Of a DNA stretch of 16,085 nt, positions 8,275 to 16,074 are shown piece after piece. The DNA lies in assembly GCA_964010765.1 (NCBI GenBank), contig CAXGMD010000076.1:1-16085 (forward strand). Direction: 5' to 3'. The notes under the pieces are model-generated. The model saw nothing but the letters and a program-made list of their open reading frames with translations. It searched no databases and had not been told where the DNA came from. The DNA comes from an uncultured bacterium (GTDB lineage Bacteria; SAR324; NAC60-12). Position numbers and translations under genes: made by a program. Positions within the stretch are counted from its first letter, which is position 1; every line of letters begins with the position of its first letter.

Positions 8275-8931
8275 TCATAGAAAAGTATAGAACTCAGCAC
8301 CATACATCTGAAAAGTAGGCTGTTCAGGATTACTATCCCGGTTGACCCCATAGATTTTCAATTCGATTGTTTCAAGACTGTATGTAAACCGTAGTCCCCA
8401 TTTTTTGTCTCTTTTACTGGGATCCTCTAAGGTCAGTGAAAGCCCTCTAGTGAACTTATTCATTGAATTTTTATACGGATTCCCCGTGGGCGATGTTGTA
8501 TCTAGAACATACACCTCGGATTGCTTCAATTCTGATTTACAATAGGTATAACCAGCATGAAAATTGATAAAGCCCCCTGCACCTAAAATCACTTCTATTC
8601 CAGGACCAAACATACATTTCGCATCAATCACGTTTTTAGCATGAAAATTATAGTGTTCGAGCAAACCTCGAATTTCGAGTTCTGGTAGAGGACCAGGCTT
8701 TACGCGATATCCAGCAAAAAATTTGTAGCTATTTTTCTTCAGTGTTACTTCATTTGTCGTATTGTCATTCACAGGATCTATGCTTTCAAACTTCGTATCG
8801 TAGTCTAGCATATCAATTTTATTGAACGCCAATCCTTCACTGTAAGAAAACCCTATGATTTGATCAGCCCCTTGAGTTGTAGATACCGACATAATCAGCA
8901 CGATCAAAATGTTCAACCAGAAACTGATCAA
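8275..8931 (-). CDS. Hypothetical exported protein, probable outer-membrane beta-barrel
   Basis: 218-aa ORF with a hydrophobic N-terminus and amphipathic aromatic/Gly-rich strands (YKFFAGYRV, INFHAGYTY, WGLRFTYS). The C-terminus is YGAEFYTFL. The start (TTG) is uncertain and has no good RBS. Confidence 0.65.
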   Translation of the reverse strand: MISFWLNILIVLIMSVSTTQGADQIIGFSYSEGLAFNKIDMLDYDTKFESIDPVNDNTTNEVTLKKNSYKFFAGYRVKPGPLPELEIRGLLEHYNFHAKNVIDAKCMFGPGIEVILGAGGFINFHAGYTYCKSELKQSEVYVLDTTSPTGNPYKNSMNKFTRGLSLTLEDPSKRDKKWGLRFTYSLETIELKIYGVNRDSNPEQPTFQMYGAEFYTFL

Positions 8932-9340
8932 CCTATTTTTTTGCTAGCACAACATCTCATATTAATTGTCGCAAAATCGAAACTTGGATATTTCATAATT
9001 GCTTCACTTGATTCTGTTTTTTTGTAATCAGGTGATAAATCTAATTTTTTCAACCTTCATACCTCAGAATTTCTACAGTATTTGGGGCATAGAGTTATTA
9101 TCATCCAAAGTATTTGGGTGATGGTATCGTTTTGCAATTTATATACAAATAAAAAAATTTCAAACTAGTCAGAGAACATTTGGAAAAGAAATCAATTTGC
9201 ATGATGCATTTTTTGAGGAGGATGAGCTTAATCTTGATGTTCTCTATGTCTGCAATGCTTTAAGTCGATAGCAAAGTCTACATGATGCGACTCCACTCCC
9301 CTGACACATTACAAACGTCCTAAACTGCAAATCAATATTG

Positions 9341-9362
9341 TGTTATCCAGAAGCGGATAACA
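9341..9362. other. Perfect inverted repeat downstream of the coiled-coil genes
   Basis: TGTTATCC-AGAAGC-GGATAACA; could be a hairpin or an operator. Confidence 0.35.
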
Positions 9363-9443
9363 GACTAGATCAAGCACACACCCAGAGCAGCACCTGCGAT
9401 TATCCTTGGTGAGATCGGTAGAGAAGAAGGGAAGTCAATCGCT

Positions 9444-9719
9444 TTACTTCTGAAAAACCTCCTCGAAAAATGTGGCTGTGGTCGGCAATTCATTCACAAA
9501 GGGAAGCTTACCGGGTTTGCTTAGCAACTCTTCAATGTAGGTTTCTAACTGCTGCCTTTTGAGCTGTTCCATTGAGATCTGCTGCTGTAGATCTTCTATG
9601 CACAACTCCAACTGCTCCCGTTTCAATTGTTCTACTGCCTGTCGCTCTTGCTGATCCTTGAACTGCTCCCTCATCAGTTTCAGTTCCCCAACTAGCTCGT
9701 TGAATCCAGTAATGGGCAT
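9444..9719 (-). CDS. Small coiled-coil protein, 91 aa
   Basis: Start reassigned to ATG 9719 (GAGG 7 nt upstream): MPITGFNELVGELKLMREQ... It has Q/E/L heptads with an internal 21-aa duplication and is paralogous to 9838..9999. Confidence 0.75.
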   Translation of the reverse strand: MPITGFNELVGELKLMREQFKDQQERQAVEQLKREQLELCIEDLQQQISMEQLKRQQLETYIEELLSKPGKLPFVNELPTTATFFEEVFQK

Positions 9720-9837
9720 TTTGCGTCCTCGATAGCTGTGTGATCCTTTAATTGTCTGAACAACAGTGCATAGTAAATGCCCTGGTGAGGCCAACAGTGC
9801 TGGCACATGCTCGAGTGATTTTGCAGATCTTTGGAAA

Positions 9838-9999
9838 TTAATCCCTTTTCTGCCCTAGCTTGTCCAACAGTTGCTTGATCGTTTGCTCCATCTGCAACCG
9901 CTGTTGCTGCTCCTCATTCAATTGCTTTTGCAGTTGCTCGATCTCCTTGGACAGTTTCAATAATTCTGCTGCGACCTCATTAAAATTGGAGAGAGACAT
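9838..9999 (-). CDS. Small coiled-coil protein, 53 aa
   Basis: Start reassigned to ATG 9999 (AAGG upstream): MSLSNFNEVAAELLKLSKEIEQLQKQLNEEQQQRLQMEQTIKQLLDKLGQKRD. The N-terminus aligns with the neighbour (M....FNE...EL). Confidence 0.75.
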   Translation of the reverse strand: MSLSNFNEVAAELLKLSKEIEQLQKQLNEEQQQRLQMEQTIKQLLDKLGQKRD

Positions 10000-10341
10000 G
10001 ACAGGAACCTTTAGTAGTATTTTCGGAGCGTGCAAAATCCGTAAGGGTCGACGGGAGCGTAAACATAGTGAAAATGTAGCGCCACATGCTGAAATTAATA
10101 TAGAACGAACTTGCTGATGGCTTTTGGCTTTATTTCATCAGCATCTTGAGCCCTTACGATCATAGGCTGGACGACTAGGAATTGCTATTCAAGACTATCG
10201 GGTGATAAGCAGTAGGGTTTGAATCATTGGATTTGGCTTCATTAGGACGCAGACAAATGGGTTAGAGGATTTACTGTTTTTGCAGCAAAACAGAATACTG
10301 AATTGATCAACCCTAGGGAGTATGGGAGGAGTCTTTCATTG

Positions 10342-11256
10342 ATGACATGTAAACAGATGCAAAATCAGGAACGAATTGTTCTCAACGACAGCCAAGGCGA
10401 GTTGGTCGTGGACCCTCTGATGGGCGGAGCTGTGGTCAACTATGATTTCAAAACGAGCCAAGGGTTGATTCCAATCCTGCGGCCAGGGGATTCTTTTCAG
10501 CGATCCGGTCCCTTCAGTTTGGGCTGCAACGTCCTCGTGCCGTTTGCAAACCGCATCTCTGGTGGTGGATTTGAGACTCCTCAAGGAATTTTACCACTCT
10601 CTTCCAATCTGGTTGGGGAGCCGTTCCCCATTCATGGTAATGGTTTCCAAGTCCCCTGGCAGGTCAGTCAAGTCAAGGATCTTGAGATCTGTTTGACATT
10701 GCAGAGCCATGGGCCCAGTCACTTTCAATATTCAGCGCAACTACGTTACGTGTTGAAGCTGGGGTCATTGCAGATGGAGTTGGATGTGACCAATGAGGCG
10801 GAGGAAGCGCTACCTTACGGCCTGGGTTTTCATCCTTGGCTTGCTCGAGAGGAAAATAGCCAACTCCGATTCAATGCAACTGGTTGCTGGCTCGAAAATT
10901 TCGAGCATCTACCGACAGAACATGTTCCACCAGGTTCTGGCTCCTCGACAGATTTTAGTACGGAGCATGATTTCCCTGACGGTTTGCTAAACAATGCCTA
11001 CACTGGCTGGGATGGAATCGCAGATTTGATCCGGCCTCAACATGGATTGTCCGTACAGGTTAGGGCAGAAAGCCCCCTGAATTGCTTGCAGATCTACAGC
11101 CCTGCTGCTGAGGCAGATTTTGTTTGCATTGAACCTGTCAACCACACCGTTGATGCCTTGAACAATGTTGGCAAGCCAGGAGTCATCAGTCCCAAATGGT
11201 TGGAAAAAGGAGAATGCCTTTCTGTGAAATGCTGCATTGAGCCAAGGTTGATCTAG
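10342..11256 (+). CDS. Aldose 1-epimerase (galactose mutarotase-like) family protein
   Basis: Motifs LVPFANRI, PIHGNG, GLGFHPW and FVCIEP (catalytic His/His/Glu). GGAGGA at 10325-10330 favours a start at 10339 or 10342 over 10303. Confidence 0.92.
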   Translation: MTCKQMQNQERIVLNDSQGELVVDPLMGGAVVNYDFKTSQGLIPILRPGDSFQRSGPFSLGCNVLVPFANRISGGGFETPQGILPLSSNLVGEPFPIHGNGFQVPWQVSQVKDLEICLTLQSHGPSHFQYSAQLRYVLKLGSLQMELDVTNEAEEALPYGLGFHPWLAREENSQLRFNATGCWLENFEHLPTEHVPPGSGSSTDFSTEHDFPDGLLNNAYTGWDGIADLIRPQHGLSVQVRAESPLNCLQIYSPAAEADFVCIEPVNHTVDALNNVGKPGVISPKWLEKGECLSVKCCIEPRLI

Positions 11257-11524
11257 GGTCGATTGCAGATCATTTCGAACCCAGACAGCTTTTATATTAG
11301 AAGGAATCAGGTCAGCAAAACTACCCAATGGCCCTGAAGATCAGAGCACAGCAGAGGATTGGGGAATAGAACCGACAGATCTGTGTCAATCTTGAGTGAG
11401 CAAAAAAGGTGTGACGGAGATGCTGAGTATCCAGTCTTTCCTCAAAATTTCGGAAGTGTTGTCAGTTGATCTGTTGAAGGGGTTAGAGAGAGGACTAGAA
11501 CGCTCACCCAAGCACCTAGGACAG

Positions 11525-11767
11525 ATGCATTCATGCACAACGTGCTCAACAAGGGTACGTAGCGAACCTGAAGAATCTAATGGGATCATAACCATCGTTT
11601 TGGGCGCCTTTGATAACTCTCTTGAGTTTGAACCTAAGGGAGAAATTTTCACAAACTACAAAATGAAATGACTACGAGACAGTGGCTGTATTCGAGAGTC
11701 CTTTGAAGAAGCTGCCGTCATGAAACATAAGCAAGCCCTGATGGAAAATTTGGATCAGCGCACTTAA
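11525..11767 (+). pseudogene. 5'-truncated GFA-family pseudogene with an internal TGA
   Basis: MHSCTTCSTRVRSEPE...LGAFDNSLEFEPKGEIFTNYKMK*LRDSGC...LMENLDQRT* aligns with the C-terminal half of 12610..13065 (...YKSSWLGKFDC...FMENLDQRE). TGA 11669-11671 replaces the Trp, and the N-terminal CxC and CHCxxC motifs are absent. Confidence 0.85.
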
Positions 11768-11854
11768 GACCAAACGTTTAATTTTTGCCTGTGATCTCCC
11801 AACAGTTTGCATCACCCTGAGCAATGGCTCCGTGATGTGAATCCATAGCTCTGC

Positions 11855-11959
11855 TTAAACACACAACGCCTCACAGGGCACTCCACCTTTGTCCCTATCC
11901 AAGCTCTGGATGTTGCACTGGGTCAGATATGCCCGTGCTTCCGCACAGGTCTTTGTCAT
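11855..11959 (-). pseudogene. Remnant of an Excalibur calcium-binding domain gene (3' end only)
   Basis: MTKTCAEARAYLTQCNIQSLDRDKGGVPCEALCV* matches the Excalibur pattern C.EA...L..C....LD.D.DG.PCE.LC, with the third Asp changed to Gly and the first Cys missing. Confidence 0.75.
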
Positions 11960-12077
11960 TGTATCTAAGTGTTCTTGACTTTTACTATTGACTTCCTTGA
12001 ATCTTTGACACCCAACTAAAAGGACTGTTTTAATAAAACTTTCCTTAGTTTCAATGATCAATATTTGAAAGGAAGCT

Positions 12078-12404
12078 ATGACAATCAAGTATGACAGGCT
12101 GATGAATGTGAAACCAGGATCAATGCCCATAGTCGTAGAGATGGGACCAAAATTTCCTGAGTTAGCAAAAAAAATTCTTGGTGAGGAATATGCTGGAGGT
12201 GTGAAATTTTACGCCAGAGTTTTGGGCCCACTTAATCAAGTTATGTGGTCTTGGGAAGTTGAAAGCATGGATGAAGAGATGGCTAGGTCGGCGAAACTGG
12301 ATGCGAATGAAGAGTGGAATCAAATGGTCTCTGAAATTATGCCCCATATGGAAAGTAGTTCGGTCGGTGATGCACTCTGGATGGAGATTAGTAAAACGGA
12401 TTAA
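12078..12404 (+). CDS. NIPSNAP-like / dimeric alpha-beta barrel protein
   Basis: AAGGAAG RBS; pattern VKPG...F....GPLNQVMWSWEVESMDE.......ANEEW resembles NIPSNAP domains; 108 aa. Confidence 0.7.
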   Translation: MTIKYDRLMNVKPGSMPIVVEMGPKFPELAKKILGEEYAGGVKFYARVLGPLNQVMWSWEVESMDEEMARSAKLDANEEWNQMVSEIMPHMESSSVGDALWMEISKTD

Positions 12405-12609
12405 TGTAGATTTGTCTCTTAGCATCAATATGTTGATGGGCACTGGAAAAGTCACTAGGCCAGAACCAGTGCCACTCATCAATATGGATGGACCTGGGAG
12501 AAGAACCCAACTCCAATTTCCTGCGATAAGATACGCCAGTACTTCCACGATTTCGCAGGCAGCAACTCTACTGACGCTTCACTAAATAACTGACCAACTT
12601 GGAGATTCT

Positions 12610-13065
12610 ATGATCAAACATCAAGGTGGATGCTATTGTGGTCAAGTTAGATTCACTACAGAGTTCGACCCGATGCTGGTGATGAATTGTCACTGCAGGA
12701 CCTGTAAGAAAATTTCTGGAGCCAATTTATCCAGTTTTGCTGCCTTTTATGAATCCGAAATCCTGATAACCGGCGATCGTCAATCCTTCGAATACAAAGG
12801 AACAAGCGGCAAGAAGATGGAGAAAGAGTTTTGTGGCCAATGTGGCTCACAAATCTTCACAAGACCGGAGTTGATTGAAGGAATGGTTTATCTGAATCTG
12901 GGGAATTTTGACGACTGGGAAGCTTTCAAACCCAAGGTTGAAATCTGGACAGATTATAAATCCTCTTGGCTTGGCAAGTTTGACTGTGTGGCTGAGGCCT
13001 TCGTAGACAATGGGACTCTCGATAGAATACAGATGTTCATGGAAAATCTTGATCAACGAGAGTGA
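12610..13065 (+). CDS. GFA / CENP-V family zinc protein
   Basis: GGCYCGQVRF, CHCRTCKK and FCGQCGS zinc motifs; GGAG RBS at 12601-12604. Confidence 0.93.
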   Translation: MIKHQGGCYCGQVRFTTEFDPMLVMNCHCRTCKKISGANLSSFAAFYESEILITGDRQSFEYKGTSGKKMEKEFCGQCGSQIFTRPELIEGMVYLNLGNFDDWEAFKPKVEIWTDYKSSWLGKFDCVAEAFVDNGTLDRIQMFMENLDQRE

Positions 13066-13311
13066 ACCACTGCTCTCGATTTTCACCTGCAAAGCCCAAT
13101 AGTTTACTCATTGTAAGTATAATTTCTGTGGCTTGCTTCCCCCACCTAATCAATCACAACATCTGCACAGAGCACTGACCGGTGATTTTGGCTGGATCGA
13201 GAGGCTTGACTTCAGATACCTATAGTCATTAAAGTTAGTCTCGACTACTTAGTTGGCATCTGGTCTTGCTTTGCTGACTTGTTGCTCAATTTTTTAAAGA
13301 TAAGTAACACT

Positions 13312-13818
13312 ATGAAAAAGATACTTTCTGCGCTGATTGGCTTTGGCTTGTTGGCATCCCCAGCTTTTGCACAAAAAATTCCCGTGGAGGGATGGTTTAA
13401 AGGCACTAATACCAAAGTTGGAGAGATGTGGAGAGATTCTGGTAGAAGAAAACACTTTGTCAGTGCTAAATCCACTGGTGAGATAACTTTGTATGGTGAA
13501 GGCTTTGGCTTTAAGGGGAAAGCTGAGTCTGATTGGGGACTTGCCATGCTTGATGACTATGGAAATGGTCGTATAGTCACAAAAGAAACTTGGACAGCAG
13601 AAAAGGATTCAACTGTTCAATTCAGAGGACACGCAAGTTGCGAACTTACTTCAGCTTCGACAACCTGTGTGATGTGGTTCAAGGGATATAATCAGTATGA
13701 AGGAAAGATCTTGGAACTGACTTTCAACGAAAAAGATGCTGCTGAAAACGAAAAGGATGAAAATCCAAACTTGTATATGCTTGAAGGCATTGTGATGGAT
13801 GAGCCAAGCACTGAATAA
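13312..13818 (+). CDS. Secreted hypothetical protein, tandem paralog 1 (168 aa)
   Basis: Start reassigned to ATG 13312: MKKILSALIGFGLLASPAFA is a typical Sec signal. Beta-rich, with a conserved C-x8-C. Homologous to the two downstream copies. Confidence 0.85.
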   Translation: MKKILSALIGFGLLASPAFAQKIPVEGWFKGTNTKVGEMWRDSGRRKHFVSAKSTGEITLYGEGFGFKGKAESDWGLAMLDDYGNGRIVTKETWTAEKDSTVQFRGHASCELTSASTTCVMWFKGYNQYEGKILELTFNEKDAAENEKDENPNLYMLEGIVMDEPSTE

Positions 13819-14475
13819 TTTCCAAAACACAGTTCTGTACATCTGAATTCAAAACAATGATAAGCCAGAATCACATGAAAACAATCATCTTAAGCCTGAT
13901 CATAGTTAACCTCTTTGCTTTACCAATTTTTGCTGAAAAAATCCCTGTGGAAGGGTGGTACAAATCTACTGGTAGTGAGTTTGGTGAAAAGTGGAGAGAT
14001 TCAGGCAGGAGAACCCATTTTTTCTCGGTAAAAGGAACCGCTTAAGTTACCATTTATGGAGAAGGTTTTGGTTTCAAGGGTAAAGCAGAGAGTGACTGGG
14101 CACCTTCTATCTTCGACAAATATGTCAACGGTTCAATTGTTTCACGTACTGTTTGGACTTCTGAAAAAGACACGATATCCGGCTTTAAAGGGCATCAACG
14201 TTGTGATTTAACGGGTGGATCAACCTCATGTGTAATGTGGTTTAAAGGCTTTGGGGAATTCGAAGGAAAAATTCTTGAACTCAATTTCAATGAAAAAGAT
14301 GCAGTTGAAACGGATGAAAAAGAAGGACCAAACCTGTATATACTTGAAGGAGCCTTCATGGATGAGCCAAACGCCGAATAATTTCCAAAACACAGTTCTG
14401 TACATCTGAATCCAAAACAATGATAAGTCAGAATCACATAAAAAAAGTCATCTTAAGCCTGATCGTAGTTAGCCT
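13813..14475 (+). repeat. 100-bp direct repeat at the two junctions of the paralog array
   Basis: 13813-13912 versus 14376-14475 (offset 563): 7 mismatches in 100 bp. It spans the stop codon, the intergenic spacer and the start of the next signal peptide. Confidence 0.9.
13857..14381 (+). pseudogene. Secreted hypothetical protein, tandem paralog 2, with one nonsense codon
   Basis: In-frame TAA at 14043-14045 where both paralogs have Glu (KGTA*VTIYGE versus KSTGEITLYGE and KSIGEISIYGE). The frame continues intact to ...GAFMDEPNAE* at 14381. The start may be ATG 13875. Confidence 0.88.
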
Positions 14476-14950
14476 TATAGTTCCATCTATCTTTGCTGAG
14501 AGAATTCCAGTTGATGGCTGGGCTAAATCAATTGGGAAGGCTCAATTTGGAGATAGTTGGAAAGATTCTGGGCAAAGAACCCACTACGTTTCAGCAAAAA
14601 GTATTGGAGAAATATCCATTTACGGTGAGAGTTTTGGTTTCAAGGGTAAATCGGAATCAGAATGGAGTTTGAGTTTTCATGACAAACACATCAATGGACG
14701 GATAATATCTAAAACCACATGGACATCAGAGAAGAATCCTTCATCAAAATTTAGAGGTCATGGAATTTGCGATCTTACGGCAGGAGCTGCTACTTGTGTA
14801 AGTTGGTTGAAAGGCTACGGTGAGTATGATGGAAAAATTCTAGAACTTACCAGAAACGAAAGTGCTTCAGCTTCCAGAGAAAATGATGATAGTTCTGGAC
14901 CTAACTTATACAAATTAGAAGGTATCGTGATGGATGAACCCGAGCCGTAA
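14420..14950 (+). CDS. Secreted hypothetical protein, tandem paralog 3 (176 aa)
   Basis: Signal peptide (…PSIFA) and shared motifs IPV.GW, W.DSG.R.H, YGE.FGFKGK.ES.W, C-x8-C, GKILEL, PNLY.LEG..MDEP. Confidence 0.82.
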   Translation: MISQNHIKKVILSLIVVSLIVPSIFAERIPVDGWAKSIGKAQFGDSWKDSGQRTHYVSAKSIGEISIYGESFGFKGKSESEWSLSFHDKHINGRIISKTTWTSEKNPSSKFRGHGICDLTAGAATCVSWLKGYGEYDGKILELTRNESASASRENDDSSGPNLYKLEGIVMDEPEP

Positions 14951-15055
14951 TTAGGCCATTAGACAAATGAATTTCACTCGCCTTCTGACATTCCCAGTGC
15001 TTGCAATTTCTAAGTTCGAGATCCAAGGCCTTGCGATCCGGCTCTCCATCCCTGA

Positions 15056-15138
15056 CTAACCGTGCAACGCCCCTCTCAGTGCCCCATCCTTGTTCCCACC
15101 AGACTCTGAATATTGAAGTGGGACAGGGCTTCATCACA
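15056..15138 (-). pseudogene. Second, more degraded Excalibur-domain remnant
   Basis: Minus strand TGT GAT GAA GCC CTG TCC CAC TTC AAT ATT CAG AGT CTG G-T GGG AAC AAG GAT GGG ... GCG TTG CAC GGT TAG reads CDEALSHF-NIQSL(D)GNKDG....AL..*. It shares NIQSL, AL and the stop position with 11855..11959, and needs one 1-nt frameshift and a 9-nt gap. Confidence 0.6.
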
Positions 15139-15235
15139 GATTACAAAGTGTAATAGGGCTTGTCCAGATTGATCCATATTTTAGATCAACAGTCTATTAT
15201 TTATAATAAGGTTTCAATCAGATATAGGATTCCAA

Positions 15236-15871
15236 ATGCAATTCAAGCGAAAGTTTACTCAAGAAGTCAGCGCTCATTACCTACTTGATCTGCCCAAAGA
15301 CTATGCTGAAAAAACGAATTGGCCACTCGTAGTTTATTTGCATGGCTATGGAGAAAGTGGTGATGATCTAGAAATGGTGAAACAGAATGGACCACCAAAA
15401 TTAGTGACTGAAGGCAAGCGGTTTCCCTTTGTGCTTGTAAGTCCTCAATGTCCCTCTGGCTTCTACTGGAGAGGTAATGTCATCATGGGACTGATTGATC
15501 AGATCGTGGAGAACTACTCTATCGACACAACCAGAATCTATATGACTGGAAAGAGCATGGGTGGGTATGGGACTTGGCAAATATCACATGAGTATCCAGA
15601 ACGGTTTGCTGCTATTGCTCCTATTGCTGGTGGGGGCTTGTTTGTTAGCCCCTATTTTATGGAAAGACTTCAGGCACTCCCTGTATGGGTTTTTCACGAC
15701 AAGAGAGATGATTTGGTACCGTATCAGGAGTCAGTTCGCATGGTCGAAGGAGTTAATGCTGCAGGTGGGAATGCTAAGTTGACCACTTATGACGAAGGGA
15801 AGCATGATGCTTGGACAGAGGCCTACAGTAACGAACAACTGTATGATTGGCTGCTGAAGCATTCGAAATGA
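15236..15871 (+). CDS. Alpha/beta hydrolase (phospholipase/carboxylesterase, predicted-peptidase type)
   Basis: WPLVVYLHGYGE, VSPQCP, RIYMTGKSMGGYGTW (nucleophile elbow), DDLVP and HDAW give the Ser-Asp-His triad. Confidence 0.93.
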   Translation: MQFKRKFTQEVSAHYLLDLPKDYAEKTNWPLVVYLHGYGESGDDLEMVKQNGPPKLVTEGKRFPFVLVSPQCPSGFYWRGNVIMGLIDQIVENYSIDTTRIYMTGKSMGGYGTWQISHEYPERFAAIAPIAGGGLFVSPYFMERLQALPVWVFHDKRDDLVPYQESVRMVEGVNAAGGNAKLTTYDEGKHDAWTEAYSNEQLYDWLLKHSK

Positions 15872-15924
15872 GACTAGTAATCTTACGGCACATTCCGCAT
15901 ATTGTAAATTGGCTGTGTCTAAAG

Positions 15925-15989
15925 TTATGACCTCTCACTTAATGAGCAGAAAGGAATCCCATCAATTCAATGTACCCATCCAGATGTCT
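15925..15989 (-). pseudogene. Possible third Excalibur-domain remnant
   Basis: Removing one copy of a tandem 5-nt duplication (TCAAT at 15962-15971) gives RHLDGYIDGIPFCSLS. The Y, I, F and final S codons are each one base from the D, N, C and C of LDGDNDGIPC.SLC. Confidence 0.4.
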
Positions 15990-16074
15990 TGATTTTAGGA
16001 CTGATTTGTCAGGGGTTGGAGCAGTTGCGTCGTTTATACAAATGAAGGAATCTCCGAGATTTGGAGAACTAACG

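Noticed and set aside
10170..10232. Plus-strand RNCYSRLSGDK...ESL resembling another Excalibur remnant; a similar faint match at 13160-13210 on the minus strand (LD...SALCR)
   Set aside because: Each needs several indels and substitutions and cannot be distinguished from chance by eye.
11340..11520. Possible XRE-type HTH remnant (…GVTEMLSIQSFLKISEVLSVDL) forming the front of ORF 11396..11671
   Set aside because: Resemblance is weak and interrupted. The ORF as listed is probably a chance fusion to the GFA fragment.
11669..11671. TGA read as Trp or Sec (alternative genetic code)
   Set aside because: TGA terminates intact genes here (bestrophin, GFA, hydrolase), the aligned residue is Trp rather than Cys, and the gene is also 5'-truncated.
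12433..12483. Imperfect inverted repeat (GGCACTGG/CCAGTGCC) considered as an integron attC site
   Set aside because: No RYYYAAC/GTTRRRY core sites, not repeated after other genes, and no integrase in the window.
13813..14475. CRISPR or DGR interpretation of the repeats
   Set aside because: The repeats are 100 bp with gene-sized spacing, the mismatches are not adenine-specific to one copy, and no cas or reverse transcriptase gene is present.
9860..15782. Remaining short antisense or out-of-frame ORFs over the coiled-coil, epimerase, NIPSNAP, GFA, triplet and hydrolase genes
   Set aside because: They overlap better-supported CDSs. The similar pairs 13651/14226 and 13692/14195 merely reflect the junction repeat.
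1..15989. A calcium-themed system (Calx-beta, bestrophin, Excalibur)
   Set aside because: The Excalibur pieces are non-functional remnants, the genes are not one operon, and calcium gating cannot be assumed for bacterial bestrophins.
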